A DNA stretch of 64,000 nt, from positions 276,349,765-276,413,764 of the forward strand of contig NC_133620.1 of assembly GCF_048593235.1 (NCBI RefSeq). The letters run 5' to 3'. Position 1 is the first letter of the stretch. The number at the start of each line of letters is the position of its first letter. Positions 47,301 to 59,733 of the stretch are shown here, piece by piece. The notes below the pieces were generated by a model, which was not told where the DNA came from, made no database searches, and saw only the letters and a program-made list of their open reading frames with translations. A program made the translations under genes and the position numbers. Source of the DNA: Sminthopsis crassicaudata. Lineage: Eukaryota.

Positions 47301-49160
47301 TTTAGCTCTAAAATTCTCCCCGTTAGGAGAAAACTCTGACCTCATTCTAAGAACATGAACTAAAGTGAGAGTACAGAGAAAAAAAATGAAACTGTCCTTG
47401 AGGCCCCTTAGTTTTAAGATAACGAAAAAGAGTGGGAAGAAAAATGAAACCACAAAGAGCCCTCTGCCAAGGGAGGCAGGCCAGATGGAGAGATCCTCGA
47501 CCTGGAGAGCAAGTGGGAAGAAAGAGGGGAGAACAAAAGCTGGTGAAATGAGATATTCTGAGCTAGGATGGAGAGGAAACAAGTGAAAGCCTGGCCTACA
47601 AGATTATAAGATTTTTGAGGGCTGGGATACTCTCTCATTAATAGTATTTCCCTGGACTCTAGCAAGGGAGTCCTCATACTTAAGAAATGTCTAAACAGTG
47701 AAAAAGCAGTTCTCATTTCAATTCATCAAATTTCATTAAATGCTTACTATGCACAAGGAGTCCTCAGTACTGGAAAACAAAGATGAAAATATTCCCTCAA
47801 AGTGTTTACAATCTAACATGTACATAGATAACTGTGCTCAAAGACAAAATATGCTATAAAATAAGTCAAATTAGAACAGAAAGGGATGATCCAGATGATT
47901 CCTTCATTTTATTTGTGAGGAAAACGAGGCCAAGGGTCCCTGGGCCAGTAATTAGTAGTATAAGGACCATATCTCCAGAAATCCAGGATGACTTCCTGAA
48001 AGAAGTGTTCACCAAAATGATGCAAAAGTAAACAGTCAAAAACCTTTTAGAAATTCAAACTTTCTCACTCTTCTTTCATGATTATTATTAATTTCATCAT
48101 TATTAGTAATAATGATGAGCTGACACTTACATAGCAATTACTATGTGCCAAGAGCTTTACTAACTACTGTCTCATGTGGTCCTTACACGTGATTCTCATA
48201 TGAAACCTTAAAAGGGAGGTGCTATTATTATCTCTATTTTATAGTTGAAGAAATTAGCAGACAATTAGGTAACTTGCCTAAGATCACAGAGCTAGTAAGT
48301 ATCTGAGGTATGACCTGAACTCAGGTCTTTTTGACCAGTGCTCTACCCACTGCCATCCCTTTTTTTCCCTACCTTCTCTGGAACGTTTTTTTTAAAAACA
48401 ACTACATACTCTTTTAAACTCTGCCCTTCACTACACCTTTCTTTCCCATCCTCACATACACTGCTAACATTTGTACGCTGCTTTAAGGCTTTAGCTTTAT
48501 AGATATATAGATAACATAGATTTGATTCTCACAACTCTACGAGGTAGGTTCTATTATTATCCCATTTTCCTAAAAAGGAAACTGAGGCAAAGGTTTAAAT
48601 GAGTTGCCCGGAATCACACAACTCCTGAATGTCGGGGGTGCGATATGAACTCGGGCCTTCCTGACTCTAGGTCTAAGACACTACTTACTCCCCCTTCTCA
48701 ATTTATTTTATCCCTACCATTCAATGCAACTATCACTAATGAAGACCCTCTTAAGTGCAGGCATAGACCTCATTTTTCCACACGAGCCCCCTCTCCTATC
48801 TTTCTCAGTCCTCTCTTTGCTTCCTAGTGGAGCCCCTAGCCCTAAGCCCAAGCCCCGCCCCTCCTCCAAGCCCCGCCCCCCAACAAGAGGACCCGCCCTT
48901 TCCCTTCAGGCCCCGCCCCCGCTTCTACATCAAGTTCCGCTTCGTCCTCCTCGCACTCCTTCCCCCCCATCCATCCCGACCCCACCCCCCTCACCCTCGC
49001 ACTTGCTGGGCAGTCGGACCCAATCGGTCTCCTCAGCCGAGGCACTCAACTCCGAGGGGGAGAGCAGGAGCAGGAGCAGCAGCAGCAGCAGCAGGAGGAG
49101 AAGGCGGTGGGGTCGGGACCGGGGCGCAGGCGGCAGCGGCGGCGGCAGCGGCCGCTCCAT
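41154..49160 (-). CDS. CNPY3: Canopy FGF signaling regulator 3 (PRAT4A, ER co-chaperone for TLRs), complete: 6 exons, 846 nt, 281 aa
   Basis: Signal peptide with poly-Leu, [27 protein letters not shown], saposin-like cysteines, and a basic C-terminus ending HSPTDEL*. Exon sizes are 166/124/97/123/118/218. Confidence 0.97.
42285..42402 (-). CDS. CNPY3: CNPY3 exon 5 (118 nt)
   Basis: [39 protein letters not shown]; donor GTGAGT. Confidence 0.96.
42988..43110 (-). CDS. CNPY3: CNPY3 exon 4 (123 nt)
   Basis: [41 protein letters not shown]. Confidence 0.96.
43795..43930. other. Assembly gap (136 N) in CNPY3 intron 3
   Basis: N run. Confidence 1.
43945..44041 (-). CDS. CNPY3: CNPY3 exon 3 (97 nt)
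   Basis: [32 protein letters not shown]; donor GTTGGT. Confidence 0.95.
44473..44596 (-). CDS. CNPY3: CNPY3 exon 2 (124 nt)
   Basis: [40 protein letters not shown]; donor GTAAGT. Confidence 0.96.
44990..45490 (+). mobile_element. LINE-2 3' fragment
   Basis: GATTTTCCTAAAGCATAGATCTGACC...TTTAATAAATGCTAGTTGATT. Confidence 0.65.
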
Positions 49161-49830
49161 GGCCGGGCCGGGCCGGCACTTCCTCCCCCCCCACCGTGCG
49201 GCCGCTTCCTGGAGCCACTTCCGGGACTGCACACGTGCCTGGGCGTCACCACGGCAACGGCGAGCCCCTCACTCTTCTTCCTTCCCTCCTTCTTCGCCCA
49301 GTAGCCCTCACCTCCCGTGCAGTTACCTCCAGCTCGCTCCCGTAACCAATGAGCGCCCGAGTGCGAAACAGCCAATGGGCCTTCGACGGGAGTTCATCGA
49401 CTGACGAATGGGGAAGGGAGGGCTGGTGCCCGCTCCGACCAATCAGAGGGCCTAAGGTGGCTGCTGTGACCAATGGCGTCTTCTCTATCTGAGGGGAGGG
49501 GGAGGAGGAGAAGCGGGTCCCCAGGGAGGGGTGAGAAGGTGGGAATAGCATTAAGAGCTGACGTTTGTGTGGTACTTAAAGGATTGAAAAGCGTTCTGTT
49601 TGCGCTGTAAATAACAAGCTGGCATTTATTTAACGCCTCCTGTGTGCCAAGCACTACGAGAGGTTGCCGGGACTACAATCAGCCCCTGCCTTCAAGGAGC
49701 TTACATTCTGGGGAACCACACGTGTTCCTGGGCACACACGTACTTGTAGTTACACACGTGCGCACGTGTGAACGCGACTGCTTTAAGTGTGTGTGTGAAC
49801 ATCCGTGTATCTATACACCACACACGTGTA
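48780..49830 (-). promoter_or_regulatory. CNPY3 CpG island/promoter: ETS site (49218-49226), X-box-like GTCACCACGGCAAC (49245-49258), CCAAT at 49346, 49372, 49439, 49470
   Basis: CpG-rich region; motifs read directly from the sequence. Confidence 0.78.
48995..49160 (-). CDS. CNPY3: CNPY3 exon 1 coding part (166 nt)
   Basis: MERPLPPP...L14...[14 protein letters not shown], donor GTGAGG. Confidence 0.95.
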
Positions 49831-50049
49831 TATCTATACATACATATGTGGAGTAGATAGAAAATGGATGCAAGAGCGTGTGTATACGCGTACATTTTGT
49901 GGGGGGGAAGGGAAGAAAACATGCTAGGTAAATCTGTGTGTGATACACAGATGTAAGGTAGCTGTCCCAGGAGGACTGGGCATCGGCTAAGTCCTCGTGT
50001 ACAAGTCAGTAAATACGGCAAATTTCCTAGTGTCACACTACGTGCTAAA

Positions 50050-51100
50050 TGCTGGCGGCACAAAGGAAGGCAAAAGAAAGCTCCTGCTCTCCAGGAGCTC
50101 AGTCTAATGAGAGAGATAATATACAAACAATTATGGTAAAAGAAGCCGAAGAAAGCGCTGGAGTTGAGGGGAATTGGGAAAGGTGAAGAGGGCGGGATTT
50201 ATCATAATTATTATCACGGATATCTTCTGTTATCATGCAGAGAATCACGCTTCCAGTGAGTCCTGAAAGAGAAGGAGCTGAGGAGGGAGACTATTCTAGG
50301 CACTAGGTAACAGCGGCGGGTTAAGGATGGAGAAGTGCACAGGAGGAACAGTACAGAGGCGGCGGAATGGGCCACGCGGAGTGTGAAGAAGCAGAACGGA
50401 AAACAAGGCAGCTGGAAAGGGGCTGGCCACAGGTGGAGGCCTTTCAATTCCAGGGGTGGCTTTGGGGGAACCTTATTGGCAGCTGTTTGTGGAGGAGGCC
50501 GCTGCACTTCCTCCAAGGGGAGCTGGTATCTTAAGGAGGGTGGCAGCTAAATGGATAGAAAAAAGGAGACAAACATGAGGGAATAGAAGTAAAAAAATAA
50601 AAATAAAAAGCTGGGGGGGGGTGACCAAGGAATTGAGAACAACAAACCTGGTGATCACAGGTATTGTAATACACTCAGTAGAACAAGGAAGTTCAGGAAA
50701 TTCATAAGAGGAGTGGGTTTTGGGGGAAAGATAATGAGTTTTTTTTTTGGACATTTCAAATTTGAAACACTGGAGGAACACTCCATTCAAAATATCTTAT
50801 AGGTTTGAGTGGTCAAGAAGCCCAAGATTTGGCAATTTATTAATATTGCTACAAATGTCCGTGTTATTCTGAGTCATTGGTAGCTTTGGGGAGAGCAGTG
50901 TCAGTATAATGATGAAGTTAAAAAAAAAAAAAAGAAGAGCAAAGAAATGAGCAGTGGAGACAATGAGTACCAACGACTTTATCTAGGAACTTAACTGAGA
51001 AAAGGAGGAAAGATATGGTACAACACCTAGAGAGGATGTTTGAGTTTAGCAGAGATAATTTAAGAATGGGAGAGCATTGAACATATTTGTAAGCAGCAGG
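50050..51100 (-). mobile_element. LINE-2 fragments, CpG-retaining near the island shore
   Basis: CCTGCTCTCCAGGAGCTCAGTCTAAT tail and L2 body motifs. Confidence 0.6.
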
Positions 51101-52650
51101 GAATAAAGTGGTAGATAGGAAGAGACTGAAGACTAGGGAGACTGTGGTGGGGGCGTTCTGCTAAAGGGGCAGCTGGGTGAGACTCCAAACCTGAGTTAGG
51201 GAGACTCATCTTCCTGAGTTCAAACCTGGCCTCAAATACTGGGGATCCTGGACAAGTCTTAACTCTAGCCACCCTAGTATTCTTGTCAAGAAAACCCAAA
51301 TGGGATCATGGAGAGTTAGTAATATGATTGGGGGGGAAAAAGTGCCTTAATTCTATTGGAGAAGGAGGGATGGATGAAATCAAGAGCACATGGAAAGTAG
51401 CTGGCAAGGAAAGCGACAATGAAAAAAGGGAGAGAGAATGGGAAATGTTATTACAGGGTTATGATATGCTGGGAAGGGAAGGTGAAGAAACTATTCACAA
51501 CAGTCTTATGAGATAGATACTAGTGGTATATTCTGTTTTACAAATGGAGATTAAGGTTCAGAGAGTTTTAATTACTTACTCATGGTACACATTTAGTAAA
51601 TATCAAATGTAGAGGCCAAATCCAGCATCTACCTGATTCAAGTCCAACACATCTCCACTCCAAACTGGTGATTCCAGCCCTCTCCTAGATCAGTCGTCCC
51701 CATCTGGTGATTCTTTGATTTAGTGGAAATAATAATAACTTGCATATACAAATGATATTTTAAAGTTTGTGATTAAAGTTTTATAGATATTACTACCACT
51801 GTTTTTCTAATGACAGTGAAACTGGTAAGATTAACTGACTTACCAAAGGTTGTGTCAGAACTGGGCTTCAAACTTGTCTCTCCTGACTACCATCAATCTT
51901 TCCATTTCAAGTTCAGTTATTACTAGCTAGCTCTCTAGTCTTGGGTGGATTACTTTACCTGTTGGAGCCTCAGATTTCATACTACTCATTCATCCATCAC
52001 ATTTGCTTTTGCTCTTGTGTGAGATTAATATGACATATACCCATTCAGAGAAGATCATTCTTTCAATTTGCTACAAGCTTCAAGATCATGGACAAGTTTA
52101 TCTTTCTAAGGTTCAATTTCTTCTACTCTAAAATGGAGAGGTTATTTTTGGATATAGGATATTCTCTTAAATGAGACTGAAACACAACATGTAATTTTTT
52201 TTTAATTCCACTTTTTTTTTTTAAATTCTTTGAGAACTTTCCCTCTAGTATGAGTTCACTAATCTCCAAGCCTTTTGTAATATGGGTTGTTGCTTAGTCT
52301 TGCTAGATTCTGTGATCCCATTTGGGGTTTTCTTGGCAAAGATACTGAAGTAGGTATTTATTTCTCCAGCTCATTTTACAGATGTGGAAACTGAGCCTCA
52401 GAGTCTCTCTGTAAACTAGTAAAGTGAGACCAGATTTGTACTCAGGAAGATGATTTTTCTTGATTCCAGGCCCAGTACTCTGTGCACTACAGTATCACCT
52501 GGTTGCCCCTATTTGTAAAATAGGGATATTTATATTTATTATTTCCTGCCTCACAAAGTTCTTTTGATAAAAGGACTTTGTAAACTTTAAAGAAGGATTA
52601 TAAATAGGAGCTATTGATACTTTTATTAACTATTACTTTCCTCCAACTTT

Positions 52651-52799
52651 TTTTTTTTTTTTTTAATTCCCCAGGCATTTGGATTAAGTGACTTGCCCAG
52701 GGTCACACAGCTAGGAAGTGTTAAATGTTAGGGCAGATTTGAACTCAGGTCCTCCTGACTTCAGGGCTGGTGCTCTATATTCGACACTGAGGTGCCCTC
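52651..52799 (-). mobile_element. WSINE1-like SINE with poly(A) tail and ~12-bp TSD
   Basis: TCCTCCAA(C/T)TTT at 52639-52650 and 52800-52811; SINE head/core in reverse. Confidence 0.8.
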
Positions 52800-53014
52800 T
52801 CCTCCAATTTTCTTAGCGCACTTTGTCCTTTTTATACTCTACTGAGTATCAGATTTTTTTGTATATAAGTTGTATCCACATGTTAAGATGTAAGCTTCTT
52901 GTGGCAATGGCCTTATTTGAAGGATGTATAGTTTCTTCAATGTAGGAAATTTCTAGTGTGACAACTCCTTCCACTTTCTCAAATCTATCTATGATTTATT
53001 TGGTAAGACCTAAG

Positions 53015-53815
53015 GTTGCTATTCTCAATTTTTTTGGTCTCAGGACTCCTTTACATTCTTTTAATATTTTATTTTCCCCCCAATTACATGTGAATGTTTT
53101 TAACATTCATTTAAAAAAATTTTTTTAAATTCCAAATTCTTTCCCTTTCCTCTCTCTTCATTGAAAGGCAAGTAAGCAATTTTATATAGGTTATCTATTT
53201 GCAATAATACAAAACATATGTCTATAGCCCCTTTACAATTTTAAAAAGATTATTCTCTCCCCAACTTCTCTCCCTGCTTCCTACCCCACCACCCCAAGTA
53301 TTCAGCCAGTTACATGATAGAGTGCCTGGCTTGAAATTAGGAAAACTCATCTTCCTGAATTCAAATCTGGCCTCAGACATTAAGATGCATGACCCTGGGC
53401 AAGTCACTTTATCTTGTTTACCTCAGTTTCCTCATCTACAAAATGAATAGGAGAAGGAAAAGGCAGTATCTTTGCTAAGAAAACCCCAAAGGGTAGCTAG
53501 GTGGCAAAGTGGATTGAACACTGACCCTGGGACAGGTGGACTTGAGTTCAAATCCAACTTCAGATACACTTACAAGCTGTATGACCTTGAACAAGTTACT
53601 TAATCCCAACTGCCTTGCAAAGAAAAAGAAAATCCCAAATGAGGTCATGAAAAGTCAGATCTGACTGAAAAGAGTGGATAACAACTAAGAGTTATTGTGC
53701 CATATTTATTGAAATTTACCACATTATTAGAAATTAAAACATCTTACTATTGTTAGAAAAGGACCCCTGAAGGGGTTTCAGGGACCCCAGGTGATCTAAT
53801 GTGGAGAACTTCTGA
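53015..53815. mobile_element. Ancient hAT/Charlie-like non-autonomous DNA transposon relic, split by an L1 fragment (~53060-53225) and SINEs (~53320-53690)
   Basis: Degenerate terminal motifs TTCTCAA...GGTCTCAGGAC and TGGAGAACTTCTG; CCTTTACA repeated either side of the L1 piece. Family name not certain. Confidence 0.45.
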
Positions 53816-55469
53816 TCCAAGGAATTTGTAGGTAGTCAGGAGAGACAGAGTTTAAGAAACTGTTCAGGCTCAAACATCATGATGATACCTTGCACACAGT
53901 GGGCCAGGTGACTCCACTGCATCTCTTGACCCTACTACATCCAAAATAAGTGTAACTATGGTGTTGTGCCCTACTAGCTTTCTCCTCATTTCTGAGGAGT
54001 GGAGCACAGTGGAAGGAGAGCTAATTCACAGGGCCTGACTCTCAGCCCTAAATCTGCCACTTACTATGTGTGTGATCCTGGGCAAATTTCTCTGGATTCA
54101 AGTTTCCTGATTTGTAAAATGATGGAGTTACACCAAATGACCTGAATTTAAGATCTCTCCCTCTCTCTGATGACCCCAATCCCTGGCAGGCAGCCAAGGG
54201 AAACAGATGGCTCTTTCCAACCCTTCCCCCTTCCCTATAGCATCCTCCCACCCAGCTCCACATCCACCCAGCCACTTCCATCCAGAACTCGGCAGATACT
54301 TCATGTTCCCAACACATGCAAAGTCCCCATTCTACCCCAACCAGCACTTGTCTCTACCTCACTTCCCCCCTCCCCAATCAGCTTGGTTTGGGATCCAGGC
54401 TCTCTTGGAGACTGCAGGCTTTCTCCCCTCATCTAAATCAGCTTAAAGTTCTCCATAATTCAACCCCTGGCAACAAAAGCAGAAATTCCAAAGGGTTTTG
54501 GGGGTTTTATTTTTTTAAGGGCTGGGAATGCTTTTCCCGTCCTTTAAGACATCTCTTCAATCTGAGTTCCAGAGAAGTTAAATCCCAAGATTCCCAAAAC
54601 CTGCAAGGGATCTTTAAACCTAAAGATCTGTTTCCAAATTCAGGGCTCATTTTATTGTACCAAATTGCCTCATAAATCAGGAATCAGGATAAAGTTTTGG
54701 TCTAAGGAAAGAATAACTCACTTGATTGTAGGGGTGAGGGGAAGGTAAGGGAATGGACATGGGAGGTGGGGGGAAAATGGGAGGGAGGGAGAGGAATAGA
54801 GAGAAATAGGATTTGACTTGCAAAAATTCTTTATGAACAATTCATAAAGAGCTCATCTACTTCCTGGTATGAGATAAAATAGGGGAAAAATATATTTGTA
54901 ACACAGTCCTTCCTCTTTCATGCACATCCCACTTTATACTGGCTTGGGGACATGTAATTTCACCAAATACCAACTTTAAAATTGAGTCATCACTTGAAGG
55001 TCATCTAGGGGTCAAGAAGAAAGTGGAGTCGGAGGAAAGGAACTCCCAAGTCTCTCCTTCCTCTTTCCAACTATTCTCTTCCTGCTCAGGAATGCACAGT
55101 AAAAGCAGATGGAATTTGTAAAAAGGTTCCTAACTCCAAAGTATTGGGGGAAGGATCTGGCAGTGGTAGGGAACCCACTTTTATGTGTACTTTCACTTGT
55201 GCACCAGAAGCCTGGGTCTGGGAGTTAGGGGATGGGGAGTGAAAAGAGGTTGTATTGGGAAATTAATCCTGTTGCTGGAGAGAGTTAAACTGTATCTATG
55301 ATGCTAAGAGGGCAATTCCAAGCAACACTCAGATTTTTGTGGTTGTTTAATACTTCTCCCCCTACTTCAATTTACGTTTATTATTGTTTCTGATTAATAA
55401 GCATTTCTTTTCTCCCCTTCACAAGCCTCCCTACAACTGAACAATTAAAAAAAAAAAGAAAGAAAAAAC

Positions 55470-56160
55470 TTTTCTTTTATAAAATAGTTTTTTTTTCAAA
55501 ATACATGCAAAGATAGTTTTCAACATTCACTCTTACAAAACCTTGTGCTCCAAATTTTTCTCCCTCTCTTCCCCTTTCCCCTCCCCTAGACAGCAAGTAA
55601 TCCAATATATGTTAAATACATGCATTTCTTCTATACATATTTCCACATTTATCATGATGTATAAGAAAAATCAGATGGGGGGCAGCTAGTTAGTGTAGTA
55701 GATAGAGAACTAGTCCAGAAAATCAGGTCAAAAAGGAAAAAAGAAAATCTTGATAACAAATATGGACAGTAAAAGAAAAGCAAGTTCTAAATTGGTTATG
55801 TAAAAAAAAAAAAAAAAAAAAAAAGTCTTATTCTTCATCCTGAATCCATCATCTCATTGTTAGAAGATGGGTAGCATACATCATTTTCAATTCTCTGGAA
55901 TCATTGTCATTGTCAGAGTTCTTAAGTTTTTCAAAATTGTTTTTCTTTATCATGTTATCATTGTACAAATTATTATCCTGATTCTTACTTCACTTTATAT
56001 CAGTTATTAGGCTTCTTTTGACCTTCTGAAAAATATCAATTTCATCATTTCACATGGCACAATAATATTTCATCTTATTCATGTATCATAACTTGTCTAG
56101 TCATCCCCCAATAGGTAGGCACTCCATTAATTTCAAGGGTTGTTTTTTTTTTTTGCTACC
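55470..56160 (-). mobile_element. LINE-1 3' UTR fragments
   Basis: Marsupial L1 3'-UTR motifs (CCCCTCCCCTAGACAGCAAGTAATCCAATATATGTT). Confidence 0.7.
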
Positions 56161-56903
56161 TTACTCAGGTTTTGTCCAATCCAGATTTGAGGGGGCAAGC
56201 AGAATTAAAATTTGGATCAATATAGAATCCCTACCCATCTCTGAATGTTGTTGTGAGGCTCAAATAAACGTTATAATTCATACTTAAATGGAGATTTAAA
56301 TAATTTTCTTTTGATAACCCTGTGAAATGAGTGATACTATTGACCTCTTTTAAAAAACCTGATCTATGAATTCATAGGATGCTTTCAGTCTACAAAAGCA
56401 ACCTACAATCTTAGAGTGTTGTGTGATTGGTGCTGATAAGTTAAATTAATTACCCAGAATCATAGTCAATATATGTCTGAAACAGGACTTGAAGTCAGGT
56501 TTTCTTGTTACAGAGGCAATCTCTTTAGCAATGAACTCTTGCATCTCTGTTTAACATATGAGAAAAGTAAATTATAGAGGGGATGACTGACTTGTCCAGG
56601 CTTGTATAGTTAATCGTTGTTACAGCAGAGATTTGAACTCCAGACTTCAGATTTGATGCTTAATGTTCTCACTACCTCCCACAGCACTACCTTGCCAAGT
56701 GCACATAAGCTTGCAAAAGATTGTAATTAGGCTTCCAAACAAGCCTGAGGCTTTTTTGCATGTGACTTTGTAGACTGAAGAAACGTGATTCTAAATTGGC
56801 AAGGATAATACTGAGCATGAAGCAACTCTATGAACCTCATTTTCGAGTTAGTGGCAGAGCTTTTGGGGAGAGAAACATCTGTATTTCCAGAGTGTCTTTG
56901 GCA

Positions 56904-56904
<1 letters not shown>

Positions 56905-56947
<43 letters not shown>
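56905..56947. repeat. (AC)21 microsatellite
   Basis: Seen directly. Confidence 0.97.
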
Positions 56948-56948
<1 letters not shown>

Positions 56949-57916
56949 GCTGCAGACATGTTGGGGAAGCAGGCCCTTCTGCGTATTTCTAGTTTGCTTC
57001 CTTATAAGCTACAAAATGGACCTCTTTAGGTGAGATTGGGCTCTCTCTTTTGATCTGAGCTGAGATCTCATTTTGCTCTCAGCTTAAGAGCCCATTCACT
57101 CTGGTACACTCTTTGATATTGTCTAATTTAAATAAATCTCTATTTCTATTTTCTGTTTGCTTGAACATATGGCTTTATTTGCTATTTGTGATGATCTTTT
57201 ATATAATTGGCATTTGGTAAGAAAGAGCTAAGCTAGGGAATATAAAATCTGCTCTCCCCATATAAGTGCAACCAGAAAAGCAGCTTTTCTTCTGAGCTAC
57301 TCTTAACCCTAGACTACCAATATTCAAGAAGACAAACAGATTTTTATTTTAGTCTGATATTTCTCTTAAAGATAGGCAAAAGGAAGAGCACATGTCCTAA
57401 TCTTCCTTTGAGTAGAATGGACCAGATTCCAAAGGTAATTATCCCTGCCACCCTTGATTTGTATCTATATATTTAGACAATCCATATGAATATACATAAT
57501 TTTTGTGTTCACACATATTTTGCATTATATAGCAAATGCTATACAGATATAAAATCATAGATTTCCTCCTGGCAAAACTAACTTGCTCTTACTCCCTTTA
57601 AAGTTCATTTCTTTAGAATATGAGCTCCTCAAGTCAAGAGTCCTTCCTTAATCTCTTTGTATCTACCCACAGGCATTATAAAGAAGCTTAAGGAGGAAAA
57701 CAACATCAGTAGGGGACTGGTGATGGGATGGGTGTCACTTTTATTCAGAAAATTATGGGGATGATAAGTAGGGCATTTGGGGGATTAAGCTGATTTGATA
57801 CAATTTGATCTTAGTTCATGGTTCCAGAATTAGAGGAGTGAGGGGGGATGATGCTCAGGTTGTCAGCCAGGGGGAGGAAATGGCTAGAGAGAATGAAGGG
57901 AAATGAAACATGGCTT

Positions 57917-57920
<4 letters not shown>

Positions 57921-57962
<42 letters not shown>
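57921..57962. repeat. (TA)21 microsatellite
   Basis: Seen directly. Confidence 0.97.
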
Positions 57963-57967
<5 letters not shown>

Positions 57968-59290
57968 AGTATAGATAGTCAAAGAAAAAAATGCCCACAT
58001 TGGTTATGTTACCAAAAGGGGTTAAATGGGGTGAGGGTGAAGAAGAGACATTACTATGTGGAGGAATACTAAAAAAGATAATCATATCAATAGGTTAAAA
58101 GGATCAATTAAACATTTTAAAAGGAAAAAGATGGTATTCCATGAGTACTAGTTGAATGACAGAATGAATGGTCCTAATGAAGTAGAGTTGGGACATCTAT
58201 CTCAGATAGTTACTGTGAAGGTTAAATGAGATTATGGATGTAATGTGCTTTGCAAAGCATAATGCTTTCTATAACTATGAGCTGTCATTATCATTATCAT
58301 CATAATCTTAAGAATGACCCTTCTTCCACCTCTAGAGAAAGGACTAATGGAAGCTAAATGCAGATTGAAACATATATTTTAAAAACTTAATTTTTTTTCT
58401 TTTGTAACATAGCTAATATAAAAATATATTTAATATAATTGATATGATATCAAGTTGCTTGCCTTCTCAAGGCGGGGGAAGAAAGGAGGGAGGCAGACAA
58501 TTTAGAACTCAAAAAAAATTTTTTTAAGCATAAAGCATTTCTTTAATATTAAGGAAAAATAATCAGGATATTACAATTATTCAATGTAAAATAAATACAA
58601 AAATACTGAGTAAATCGTCGTCCATATCTAAACCTAGGCTACAATCTTCCATTGAAGTACATAGAATCCATGGGATGAGTAGATATGTACTCAGAAAACT
58701 ATACCACAAGTGAGAAAAATCTCTGTGCTCTAAATTCTGAAATAAAGGTATCAGTGTCCTTGGTTACATTTAGGAACCACATAAAGTTGCTTCTCTATAT
58801 AACATTCCCTTTCTGGTCTTTATTGTTTTCTTATTGGGCAATTTCCTCACTTAATTTGATTTTATATTGTTCAATCAGCTTACAGCATCTTGTTTCAGAA
58901 AAAAAAGACAAACAACAACAACAAAAAAAAAAAAAAAAAAAAAAAAAAAACAGAGTTAACAACAAAATACCTTAATACCTTAGAGTGGTTCTCAGGGCAA
59001 TGAAGACAAGCCCAATCAGTTCTTTACACTACCAGATTCTGGTGACTTTCAAATAGTTTCAAGTCTATGCCTTTAACAAAGACTTTTTTTTTTATTATAC
59101 CTTTTTATTGACATTACATAGGCATGGATAATTTTTTACATTATCCCTTGCAATCACTTCTTTAGAACTCAACATTTAATATTTAAAAATATTTTTTCCC
59201 CAATTACACATAAAAATTTTTAACATTCTTTTTTCAAAGTTTTAAGTTCCAAATTACATGAGCAATCATGTAAAACATTACCATATTAAT

Positions 59291-59420
59291 NNNNNNNNNN
59301 NNNNNNNNNNNNNNNNNNNNNNNNNNNNNNNNNNNNNNNNNNNNNNNNNNNNNNNNNNNNNNNNNNNNNNNNNNNNNNNNNNNNNNNNNNNNNNNNNNNN
59401 NNNNNNNNNNNNNNNNNNNN
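59291..59420. other. Assembly gap (130 N) inside L1-derived sequence
   Basis: N run. Confidence 1.
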
Positions 59421-59733
59421 TTCAGACAATATCAATTCTTTTTCTGAAGGCAGATAACATTTTCCATCACAAGTCCTTTGGGATTGTCTTGGATCGTTAT
59501 TTTGCTGAGAATAGTTTAGTCGTTCACTGTTCACTGTACAAGATTGCTGTTATTATGTACAATGTTCTCTTGGATCTGCTAACTTTATATAGTTCATATA
59601 AATCTTTTCCGGTTTTTCTGAAATCATCTTGCATGACATTTCATATGGTATAATAATATTCTATTATAATCACATACCATAGCTTATTTAATCATTTCCC
59701 ATTTGATAGGCATCCTCTCAATTTCTAATTCTT

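Noticed and set aside
48724-49404. 226-aa and 172-aa + strand ORFs at the CNPY3 promoter
   Set aside because: GC-rich antisense shadows of exon 1 and its trinucleotide repeat.
50214-50550. CpG-containing 100-aa ORF considered as a PTCRA or novel exon
   Set aside because: The DNA follows L2 body motifs; no PTCRA similarity and no splice pattern.
54150-55330. Unique non-repetitive block with ETS and GATA motifs (~54858-54880) and short ORFs
   Set aside because: No protein homology recognised, and isolated short motifs are too common to call an enhancer from sequence alone.
43780-58784. 14-bp match TAGGAACCACATAA at 43780-43793 (gap edge) and 58771-58784
   Set aside because: Flanks do not align; too short to distinguish from chance or a decayed repeat.
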